A stretch of DNA of 64,000 nucleotides from Candidatus Fraserbacteria bacterium (GTDB lineage Bacteria > Bipolaricaulota > Bipolaricaulia > RBG-16-55-9). The position numbers were made by a program, and so were the translations under genes. Below, piece by piece: positions 46,527 to 55,007 of this stretch. The stretch is from contig JBBIPG010000002.1 of NCBI GenBank assembly GCA_037442925.1, forward strand, positions 12,916 through 76,915, in the 5' to 3' direction. The notes under the pieces were generated by a model, which worked only from the letters and a program-made list of their open reading frames with translations, had not been told where the DNA came from and did not search any database. The number at the start of each line of letters is the position of its first letter. Position 1 is the stretch's first letter.

Positions 46527-46584
46527 ACGTGCTAGGTACAGCAGTCGAAAGACTCGCGTTGACCATCTTGGGGAAGGGGGAGTC

Positions 46585-48492
46585 ATGAAAGAAAAAAGCG
46601 TAGATCGAGCCTCACAAGAGATGCTCGAGCACGCAAAGCAAGAGCATCTGGAGACAGCTTGGGATCGCTGGGAACTTCAACAACCCCAGTGCGGCTTCGG
46701 ACAACTGGGTTTATGTTGCCGGATCTGCAATATGGGTCCGTGTCGCATTGACCCGTTTGGGAGCGGACCCAAGCGCGGCGTATGTGGTGCTGACGCCGAT
46801 ACGTTCGTTGCTCGCCATCTAACCCGCATGATCGCTGCCGGGACGGCAGCGCACTCGGACCACGGGCGCGATGTGGCACATACGCTGCTGCTGGCTGCGG
46901 AGGGCCATCGCGGCTATCGCATCAAAGATCCACGGAAGCTGCGTAAAGTCGCTGCCGAGTTTGGCATTGGGGCAGACACGAAGAGCGATGCAGAGATTGC
47001 CAAGGCGTTGGCAGAAAAGGCGTTGGCGGAGTTCGGCCAACAAGAGGGAGAACTGACACTAACTCGACGTGCTCCCAAGGCGCGGCAAGAGCTCTGGCGC
47101 AAGCTAGGAATCATGCCGCGCGGGATCGACCGCGAAGTCGTGGAGATGATGCACCGCACGACGATGGGGGTAGACACAGATTATAAGAACATCTTGCTCC
47201 AAGGCATGAGGACATCGTTGGCTGATGGCTGGGGTGGCTCGATGCTCGCCACAGACATTCAAGACATTCTCTTTGGGACTCCAATGCCTCTACGTTCCCG
47301 CGTGAATCTGGGAGTGCTAAAGAAGGACGAGGTCAACGTCGTCGTTCATGGCCACGAACCCATCTTGTCAGAGATGCTCGTGGTAGCCAGCCGTGACCCA
47401 GAGCTGGTGAAGTTAGCTCAGCAAAAGGGCGCTCGCGGAATCAATATCACCGGCATCTGCTGCACGGCCAATGAGATTCTCATGCGCCACGGCATCCCGA
47501 TTGCAGGCAACTTCTTGCAGCAGGAGCTGGCACTGGCCACGGGAGCCGTGGATGCCATGATTGTGGACGTGCAATGTGTCATGCCCGCTCTGGCGAGTCT
47601 CGCTCAGTGCTTCCACACAAAGCTCATTGCCACCTCACCCAAGGCGAAATTCCCCAATACAGACTTTGTGGAGTTCCGCGAGGAACGCGCCATTGAGGCA
47701 GCGAAAGAGATCATCCAGCGCGCGATAGAGAACTACCCGAATCGCGAGCCGCGTCGCATGCAGATCCCGGATGCCTCGATGGATCTGATCGCTGGCTTCA
47801 CTTCTGAGTCTGTATTTCGATTCTTAGGCGGACGCTATCGAGCTACCTACCGGCCGCTTAACGATGCCATCATGGACGGGAGGCTCCGCGGAGCCGTCGG
47901 CGTCGTCGGCTGCAACAACCCCAATATCACCCATGACTGGGGGCACCTGACGCTCACCAAAGAACTCCTGAAGAACGATGTACTAGTCGTGTCAAGTGGC
48001 TGCTCAGCCATCGCGGATGCCAAGTTCGGCCTGCTTAGGCCGGAGGCGGCCCACAATTACGCCGGACCCGGCTTGCGTGAGATCTGCGAGACGGTAGGCA
48101 TACCGCCGGTGCTCCACGTGGGAGCCTGCGTGGATAACTCACGCATCTTGACGACGCTGATTGAGATCGTGGGTGAGGGTGGCTTAGGAGACGACTTCGC
48201 GAAACTGCCTGTGGCGGGATCTGCACCTGAGTGGATGAGCGAAAAGGCCGTGGCCATCGGGTTCTATTTCGTCGCTTCCGGAGCTCTGGTGCACTTTGGG
48301 ACACCCCAGCCGATCTACGGCAGCAAGAACGTGACAGAGTTCTTGACGAAAGATGTCGAGACGCTTGTGGGTGGCAAGTTCGCCTTCGAGCCTGATCCAC
48401 AAAAGGCGGCCAAACTGATCCTCGAGCATCTAGATCGCAAGCGGGCCGACTTGAAGCTTCGAGAACCGATGTATACTCCTGTGTACGCGTAG
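46585..48492 (+). CDS. cooS: Anaerobic [NiFe] CO dehydrogenase catalytic subunit (AcsA/CooS)
   Basis: QCGFG..GLCCRICNMGPC...GVCG, HSDH, HGHEP, CCT, VDVQC, GCNN, SGC, GACVDN, EWMSEKA. Confidence 0.96.
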   Translation: MKEKSVDRASQEMLEHAKQEHLETAWDRWELQQPQCGFGQLGLCCRICNMGPCRIDPFGSGPKRGVCGADADTFVARHLTRMIAAGTAAHSDHGRDVAHTLLLAAEGHRGYRIKDPRKLRKVAAEFGIGADTKSDAEIAKALAEKALAEFGQQEGELTLTRRAPKARQELWRKLGIMPRGIDREVVEMMHRTTMGVDTDYKNILLQGMRTSLADGWGGSMLATDIQDILFGTPMPLRSRVNLGVLKKDEVNVVVHGHEPILSEMLVVASRDPELVKLAQQKGARGINITGICCTANEILMRHGIPIAGNFLQQELALATGAVDAMIVDVQCVMPALASLAQCFHTKLIATSPKAKFPNTDFVEFREERAIEAAKEIIQRAIENYPNREPRRMQIPDASMDLIAGFTSESVFRFLGGRYRATYRPLNDAIMDGRLRGAVGVVGCNNPNITHDWGHLTLTKELLKNDVLVVSSGCSAIADAKFGLLRPEAAHNYAGPGLREICETVGIPPVLHVGACVDNSRILTTLIEIVGEGGLGDDFAKLPVAGSAPEWMSEKAVAIGFYFVASGALVHFGTPQPIYGSKNVTEFLTKDVETLVGGKFAFEPDPQKAAKLILEHLDRKRADLKLREPMYTPVYA

Positions 48493-48494
48493 CT

Positions 48495-49133
48495 ATGAAG
48501 CCCAACCCGACATGGGAGAAGAGCCTGGAGCCGCAGATCCAGCGGGCGCGGGAGGAACTGCGCCGCCGCGACCCCCACATAATAGCCGATCTCAGTGGGG
48601 GGGAGTACATTGAGAGTACATCAGGCAGCGGCGAGATGCGTCTGCAATTCTTTGGGCGCATCTACAAGATCGACTGGCCGGAGTTGGAGACTGTGGATCC
48701 CCAAGGACGCCCTTGCTCGAATCCCATGCAAGCATCGCTCTTGCAGTATCTTCTTCTGGCTGACGGGTCGCCGCTTGCGGACCAGTGGGTTTCGCTGCGA
48801 GAGCTGCCCAATGGGGCCTTCTACGAGCGAGCCTTTCAGAGCTATTCTGGAAATCTGGTTGCACGTACGTTCAAGAGCGACGTGCAAGCCTTTCGCAATG
48901 CCGCGCTCAAGCTGGGCGGTGAGCTCCTATCGCTCGGAGATGCTTCGTTTCGCTTCTGGGCGCTTCCCAAGATCCCGCTGGCTCTTGTCTACTGGTCCGG
49001 TGGCGATGAATTCCCCGCAAGTGCACAAGTCTTGTTTGACGCTTCTGCAGGACACTATCACCACTTGGAGATGCTGGCACATCTGGGGGCGTTGCTCTGC
49101 GATAGGGTCATCGCGGCGCACGAAGCGTGCTAG
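48495..49133 (+). CDS. DUF3786-family protein
   Basis: LLQYLL, W..LRELP.G..Y, LPKIPL...W.G.DEFPAS..VLFD; family commonly found near corrinoid activators. Confidence 0.8.
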   Translation: MKPNPTWEKSLEPQIQRAREELRRRDPHIIADLSGGEYIESTSGSGEMRLQFFGRIYKIDWPELETVDPQGRPCSNPMQASLLQYLLLADGSPLADQWVSLRELPNGAFYERAFQSYSGNLVARTFKSDVQAFRNAALKLGGELLSLGDASFRFWALPKIPLALVYWSGGDEFPASAQVLFDASAGHYHHLEMLAHLGALLCDRVIAAHEAC

Positions 49134-49176
49134 GAGAGATCGTCACGATGGGCAAGAAGAAGTAGGTATTACGCCA

Positions 49177-49377
49177 ATGAATCTCGATTTCTACGCACCA
49201 GATTTGCGAGAGCAGTTGGGCAAACTTGACCGAGAGAAGACGTATGTCGTCTACTGTCGAACGGGAAATCGCTCTGCGCAGACTGTGGCCCTGATGAAGG
49301 AGTTGGAGTTCCGCCGGATCTATAACTTAGAGAGCGGGATTGTGGCATGGCAGAGTGAGGGCCTACCACTCAAGTAA
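49177..49377 (+). pseudogene. N-terminally truncated rhodanese domain
   Basis: NLDFY...LDREKTYVVYCRTGNRS...YNLESGI.AW; the DVR...GHI N-terminal part is absent. Confidence 0.6.
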
Positions 49378-49395
49378 GCGAGGGGAGGGAGTTCT

Positions 49396-50562
49396 ATGCG
49401 AGACGTTGTGATCGTTGGAGCCGCCCGCTGCGCCGTAGGCAGAGCGGTCAAGGGCATCTTGAGAAATACGCGGCCAGATGAGATGGCGGCGGAAGTGTTG
49501 AAGGGTTTGATTCAAAAGACGGGCGTTAACCCCGCCGAACTCGATGACCTTCGTCTGGGTTGTGCTATACCGGAGGCAGAGCAGGGCCTTAACGTCGCCC
49601 GCATCACACAGTTTTTGGCCAAGATTCCCGAGAGGGTTCCCGCCTGCACGATCAATCGCTTCTGCGCCTCAGGGCTGGAGTCCATTGTCAATGCTTGCTA
49701 TCAGATTGCGTATGGCGACGCGGATTTGATCATGGCGGGTGGTGTGGAGAGCATGAGCAAGGTCCCCATGACGGGGCACACGCCGCGGCCCAATCCCAAG
49801 CTGGCCGTAGAGTATCCCGAGGTCTACACTCCCATGGGAATCACAGCGGAGAATCTCGTCGAACGATACAAGATCTCTCGTGAAGCCCAAGACCAGTTCG
49901 CGTACGAGTCGCACAGGAAAGCAGCCCAAGCGACCAGAGAGGGCCGCTTCAAAGAGGAGATTGTCCCGCTCGAGGTACAAGTCGACGGCAAGCGAGTCTT
50001 GCACGAAATCGATGAGACCATTCGCCCAGATACGACGGTAGAAGCCTTGGCAACGCTTAAACCTTCCTTCAAAGAGGGGGGAACGGTCACGCCGGGGAAC
50101 TCTTCTCCCCTGACCGACGGAGCCTCGGCGGTGTTGATCGCATCCAAGAAGAAGGCCCGCAGCTTGGGTTTGAAGCCATTCGCTCGATTCGTCTGTGCCG
50201 CGACCTCGGGTGTCGCTCCGGAGATCATGGGGATCGGCCCGGTCTACGCCATCCCCAAAGCTCTTGCGAAGGCGAATCTCTCACTCAAAGACATCGACTT
50301 GATTGAGCTGAACGAGGCGTTTGCTGCCCAATCGCTGGCCGTCATTCAAGAGCTGGATCTGCCAATGAGAAAACTTAACGTCAACGGCGGGGCAATCGCA
50401 CTGGGCCATGCCCTTGGCTCTTCGGGAGCTCGCCTGACGACAACGTTGGTCTATGAGATGGCCCGGCGAGAGGTGGCTCTTGGGTTGGTCTCGATGTGCG
50501 TGGGAGGCGGCCAAGGGATGGCTGCCATCTTCGAGCGCGTGTGGGAAGGGAGCAGAAGGTGA
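49396..50562 (+). CDS. fadA: Acetyl-CoA C-acyltransferase (thiolase)
   Basis: INRFCASG, GGVESMS, NEAFA, GGAIALGH, SMCVGGGQG. Confidence 0.93.
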   Translation: MRDVVIVGAARCAVGRAVKGILRNTRPDEMAAEVLKGLIQKTGVNPAELDDLRLGCAIPEAEQGLNVARITQFLAKIPERVPACTINRFCASGLESIVNACYQIAYGDADLIMAGGVESMSKVPMTGHTPRPNPKLAVEYPEVYTPMGITAENLVERYKISREAQDQFAYESHRKAAQATREGRFKEEIVPLEVQVDGKRVLHEIDETIRPDTTVEALATLKPSFKEGGTVTPGNSSPLTDGASAVLIASKKKARSLGLKPFARFVCAATSGVAPEIMGIGPVYAIPKALAKANLSLKDIDLIELNEAFAAQSLAVIQELDLPMRKLNVNGGAIALGHALGSSGARLTTTLVYEMARREVALGLVSMCVGGGQGMAAIFERVWEGSRR

Positions 50563-52964
50563 TGCGAAAAATCAAGACAGCGGTGGTGTTGGGTGCCGGA
50601 ACCATGGGAGCAGGCATCGCGGCCCTTTTGGCAAGCGTGGGCATCAAGACGTATCTACTGGACATCGTACCCAAGGAATTGACGCCGGAAGAGAAAGCGA
50701 AAGGCTTGAGTCTCCGTGAGCCCGTCGTCCGCAATAGAATTGTAAACTCCGGTCTTCAGCGGGCCCTCAAGGCAAGCCCGGCCCTCTTCTATGATCCGGC
50801 CGATGCACAACTCATCACAGTGGGAAACATCGAGGACAATCTCGACTGGCTGAGAGAAGCCGACTGGATCGTCGAGGCGGTCTTTGAAAGACTCGATGTC
50901 AAACAAGACATCTTTGCCAAGATCGAGAAGTTCAGGAACCCGCATTCCATCGTCAGCTCCAATACTTCGGGGATTGCACTCAAAGCGATCACTCAAAAGT
51001 CCTCACCGGAGCTCAAGAAGCACACACTCATCACGCACTTCTTCAACCCCGTTCGCTACATGAAACTTCTGGAAGTCGTCGCCGGCACGGAGACCGACCC
51101 GAAAATCCTAGAATTCATGAGCGACTTTGCCGAGCGCAAGCTAGGCAAGGGAGTCGTCCTGGCGAAGGACACGCCTAACTTCATCTGCAATCGTATCGGC
51201 ATCTTCGGCATCTGCTATCTGTTAAAAGCTATGCAAGAGGGCGACTATAAAGTCGAAGAGATTGACGCGATCTTTGGACCGTCATTGGGGCGCCCCAAGA
51301 GCGCCGTCTTCCGAACGGTCGACTTGGTCGGCTTGGATGTCATGGCCGATGTCATCAAGAATATCTATACGAGCTTGCCGAACGATCCGATGCGTGAGGT
51401 CTATCGCCCGCCCGATTTCATCCAGAAGATGCTCACTCAAGGGCTCTTGGGACGCAAGGCAGGCAAGGGGTTCTATCAAGAAAAGACCCTCAACGGCAAG
51501 CGGGAGTTCTGGGTCTTCGATTACAACATTCTCAACTATCGTCGCCAGGAGAAGTTCGACTATCCCTCGTTAGCCAAAGCGACGCAGCAGTCCACTGTCG
51601 GCGAGAAGATCAAGACCGTCGTCTACTCTGACGACCGCGCAGGTCAGATCGCCTGGAAGGTGCTCTCAGAAACTCTGCTCTATACGGCCACTCTGATTCC
51701 GGAGATCTCGGACGATGTCTACCCCATTGATCATGCGATGAAATGGGGCTTCAACTGGGAGCTAGGGCCATTTGAGACATGGGATGCGATCGGCGTTCGC
51801 GAGTCTGTGGAGCGGCTGCAACGCGAGGGCAAGAAGATCCCTAAGCTTGTTGAAGATCTCTTGCAGCGAGGAGAGAGCTTCTATCACAAGCGGGACTCCA
51901 AGAAGCTTTACTATGACATCCAGCTAAGAGACTATCGCGAATTGCCACGGCCTGCCGGTGTCATAGTGCTCTCGCAGCTTAAAGAAGACAGGAAGAGGAT
52001 CATCAGAGAATCGCCGGGGGCTTCGCTCGTAGATCTAGGCGATGGCGTGGCGTGTCTCGAATTCCACACGTACATGAACACCGTGGATGCGGATGTCATC
52101 GAGATGATGAACGCTTCGCTTGATGAGGTCGAGAAGAACTACGAGGGGCTCGTCATCGGGAACGAAGGCCAGAACTTCTGTGTCGGGGCCAACGTCGCGT
52201 TGCTTCTGGGAGCGATGCAGAGTCAAAGCTGGAATGAGATCGATCGGCTGGTGAAGGCCTTTCAAGACACCAACATGGCAATCAAGTACTTCGACAAGCC
52301 CGTCGTCGCTGCTCCCTTCAATATGACGTTAGGAGGCGGTGCGGAGATCGCCATGCACTGCGCTCGCATTCGCGCCCATAGCGAGCTGTACATGGGTCAA
52401 GTCGAGTTCGGGGTCGGCTTGATCCCGGCGGCAGGAGGCTGCAAGGAGCTTTGGATCAGAAATATAGAGAACGTCCCCGAGGATGCCAGCGTAGATCTCT
52501 TCCCGTACTTGCAGAGGGCTTTCGAGACGATCGCATTGGCGAAAGTGGCGACGAGTGCGAAAGAAGCTAGAAAGTTAGGCTTTCTTCGCCGAGTGGATAA
52601 GATCACACCAAACCGAGATCGCCTGATGGCTGAAGCGAAAGAGCAAGCGCTGGCGCTCGTCCGCGAGGGCTATGAACCGCCAGTTCCGAGAAGGTATCAA
52701 GTCTTGGGGCGAAGCGGGTATGCAGCGTTACAGATCGCGATCAAGAGCTTCCAGTGGGGCAAGCGCGTCACAGATCATGAGGTCGTGATGGCGACGCAGC
52801 TAGCCAAAGTGCTCACGGGTGGAGATGTAGAAGCGGGCACGGAAGTGACAGAACAACACTTGTTGGATCTGGAGCGTGAGGCGTTTCTCCATCTCTGCGG
52901 AACCGTCAAGACTCAAGAGCGCATCCAGCACTTTCTGACTACGGGGAAACCACCGAGGAATTGA
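50562..52964 (+). CDS. fadN: 3-hydroxyacyl-CoA dehydrogenase/enoyl-CoA hydratase (FadN type)
   Basis: GAGTMG, SSNTSG, HFFNP.RYM, C-terminal crotonase domain (FCVGAN, GGGAE, GLIP), TGKP.RN. Confidence 0.9.
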   Translation: MRKIKTAVVLGAGTMGAGIAALLASVGIKTYLLDIVPKELTPEEKAKGLSLREPVVRNRIVNSGLQRALKASPALFYDPADAQLITVGNIEDNLDWLREADWIVEAVFERLDVKQDIFAKIEKFRNPHSIVSSNTSGIALKAITQKSSPELKKHTLITHFFNPVRYMKLLEVVAGTETDPKILEFMSDFAERKLGKGVVLAKDTPNFICNRIGIFGICYLLKAMQEGDYKVEEIDAIFGPSLGRPKSAVFRTVDLVGLDVMADVIKNIYTSLPNDPMREVYRPPDFIQKMLTQGLLGRKAGKGFYQEKTLNGKREFWVFDYNILNYRRQEKFDYPSLAKATQQSTVGEKIKTVVYSDDRAGQIAWKVLSETLLYTATLIPEISDDVYPIDHAMKWGFNWELGPFETWDAIGVRESVERLQREGKKIPKLVEDLLQRGESFYHKRDSKKLYYDIQLRDYRELPRPAGVIVLSQLKEDRKRIIRESPGASLVDLGDGVACLEFHTYMNTVDADVIEMMNASLDEVEKNYEGLVIGNEGQNFCVGANVALLLGAMQSQSWNEIDRLVKAFQDTNMAIKYFDKPVVAAPFNMTLGGGAEIAMHCARIRAHSELYMGQVEFGVGLIPAAGGCKELWIRNIENVPEDASVDLFPYLQRAFETIALAKVATSAKEARKLGFLRRVDKITPNRDRLMAEAKEQALALVREGYEPPVPRRYQVLGRSGYAALQIAIKSFQWGKRVTDHEVVMATQLAKVLTGGDVEAGTEVTEQHLLDLEREAFLHLCGTVKTQERIQHFLTTGKPPRN

Positions 52965-53001
52965 GCGAGAAGCCACTGCGCACCGTGATGTGGGAGGTGA
53001 G

Positions 53002-54471
53002 ATGATGTTCAACAAGATTGCAGCTAAATTGGCGATCTTGAGCACAGCAGCGTCGCTATTGGCCGTAGCGTTACTCTTGGGCCTGAATCAGCCTGCGATG
53101 CAGGCTCAGAGCACAAGCGTCTGTGTGGACTGTCACACGAAAGAAACCCCAGGCATCGTCGCTCAGTGGCAAAAGGGGAAGATGGGTCAGATGGGTCTCG
53201 ATTGCTCCGTCTGCCACGGCTCTGAACATAAAGATGCGAGTGATGCCGCGAAGGCCCAACGGCCCACTCCCGAGACCTGCAAGACCTGCCATGCGCAGCA
53301 GGTCGAGCAGTTTCGATCCGGCAAGCACTCGCTAGCCTGGGTGGCTATGAAAGCCATGCCCATGGTCGTTCATCAACCCGTAGCCGTGATCGGTTCCGAA
53401 GGCTTTAAGGGTTGCTCCGGTTGCCATAAGATCGGCGAGAAGTCAGCCGAAGAGCTACAAGGGTTCCGCTACGGCACGGGAAGTTGCGATTCTTGTCATA
53501 CCCGCCATAGTTTCAATGTTAGCGAAGCGCGCGACCCCAGAGCTTGCCAAACTTGCCACATGGGCTTCGACCACCCCCAGTGGGAGATGTGGTCCACTTC
53601 CAAGCACGGCACCATCTGGCAGATCGAGGGAGACACCGGACGTGCCCCCACGTGCCAGACCTGCCACATGTCCGAGGGCAATCACGCCGTGATGACCGCC
53701 TGGGGATTTCTCGCTCTGCGCGTACCAGAGGACGATCCAGAGTGGTGGGCTGATCGGGTGGAGATCCTCAAAGCTTTGGGGGTCTTCGATGAGAAGGGTC
53801 AAGGCACGGAACGTCTCGAGGCAGTCGAAGCAGCGAGAATGGCTCGCTTGACCAAAGAGGAATTTCAGGCTGAGCGGGCTAAGACGGAAGGCAACTGCGC
53901 ACGCTGCCACTCGGCCAGCTATGTGGCTGAGCAATTGGCCGCCGGTGATGCGATCATTCGCGAAGCAGATCGCATCATGGCCGAAGCCATCCGCACGGTC
54001 AAGGGTCTCTACAGTGACGGGCTGCTACAAGTGCCCCAAGGATGGAAGTATGCTCCTGACCTGCTGCAGTTCTATGAGGCCAAGAGCAGCGTGGAACAGG
54101 AGCTATACGTCATGTTTCTGGAATACCGCATGAGGGCCTTTCAAGGCGCGTTTCACGTCAACCCGGACTACATGCACTGGTATGGCTGGGCTCCGATGAA
54201 GGAGTCCTTGCAGAAGATCAAGGATGAAGCAGTCCGCATGAGAGCTGAAGCTGCCGCCAAGCCCGCCGGAGAGGCTGTTCCACAGAAAGAGATCACTACG
54301 CTCAAGAGCGAGCTCGATAAGGTCACACGTGATCTGGAGAAGCTCGTCATCGAAGGGGAAACACTGAAGGGTGAGGTAACCGAGGCAAAGCAAGGCCAGA
54401 CGCTTGTCCTTAGGGCTGTAGTCATCGGCCTGATTGCCTTGATCCTCAGTGCCCTCGCACTGTTGGGATAA
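53002..54471 (+). CDS. Octaheme HAO-family cytochrome c with C-terminal membrane anchor
   Basis: Signal peptide; eight CxxCH (CVDCH, CSVCH, CKTCH, CSGCH, CDSCH, CQTCH x2, CARCH); HTRHSF, DHPQWE..SKHG, HVNPDY; coiled coil then TM helix. Confidence 0.88.
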   Translation: MMFNKIAAKLAILSTAASLLAVALLLGLNQPAMQAQSTSVCVDCHTKETPGIVAQWQKGKMGQMGLDCSVCHGSEHKDASDAAKAQRPTPETCKTCHAQQVEQFRSGKHSLAWVAMKAMPMVVHQPVAVIGSEGFKGCSGCHKIGEKSAEELQGFRYGTGSCDSCHTRHSFNVSEARDPRACQTCHMGFDHPQWEMWSTSKHGTIWQIEGDTGRAPTCQTCHMSEGNHAVMTAWGFLALRVPEDDPEWWADRVEILKALGVFDEKGQGTERLEAVEAARMARLTKEEFQAERAKTEGNCARCHSASYVAEQLAAGDAIIREADRIMAEAIRTVKGLYSDGLLQVPQGWKYAPDLLQFYEAKSSVEQELYVMFLEYRMRAFQGAFHVNPDYMHWYGWAPMKESLQKIKDEAVRMRAEAAAKPAGEAVPQKEITTLKSELDKVTRDLEKLVIEGETLKGEVTEAKQGQTLVLRAVVIGLIALILSALALLG

Positions 54472-54515
54472 CAGAGAAAGGCAGGTCTGCGCACGGTGAA
54501 AGTGGGGAAAGGCTT

Positions 54516-55007
54516 ATGACGGAGATTGAGGCAGTGGAATCGCGCCTGCAACAGATCTTCACGGCATATCAGGGCGAGGCTGCTGAATTGATTCCCCTCT
54601 TGCAGGCAGCCCAAGCGCACTTTGGCTATCTTCCCAAAGAAGTCCTATGTGCCATCGCGCGCTTCACCAGAGTGCCCGAGAGTAAAGTCTACGGCGTGGC
54701 GACGTTTTATGCCCAGTTCAAGCTGACTCGACAGGGCCAGCACTCGGTCAAGGTTTGTCAAGGAACAGCGTGTCACGTCAAGGGCGCTCCCCGACTCATG
54801 CGAACAGTTGAGACGGAGTTGGGCATTCAGCCGGGCGAGACGACAGGAGATTATCGATTCAGCTTAGAGCGGGTAGCCTGCTTTGGCTCCTGTGCGTTGG
54901 CTCCGGTCATCGTGATCGACGAACGCGTCCACGTCAAGATGACGACCCAGAAAGCCAAGGAGCTGCTGAGGAAATATGAGAAACATGAACTTCGAGAAGC
55001 TTCGTAA
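54516..55007 (+). CDS. NuoE/HydC-like [2Fe-2S] subunit
   Basis: VATFY, CQGTACH, CFGSCALAP. Confidence 0.92.
   Translation: MTEIEAVESRLQQIFTAYQGEAAELIPLLQAAQAHFGYLPKEVLCAIARFTRVPESKVYGVATFYAQFKLTRQGQHSVKVCQGTACHVKGAPRLMRTVETELGIQPGETTGDYRFSLERVACFGSCALAPVIVIDERVHVKMTTQKAKELLRKYEKHELREAS

Noticed and set aside
53002..54471. Evidence for ammonia oxidation or anammox
   Set aside because: No amo, cycAB or hzs genes in the window; HAO-family octahemes are widespread in anaerobes.
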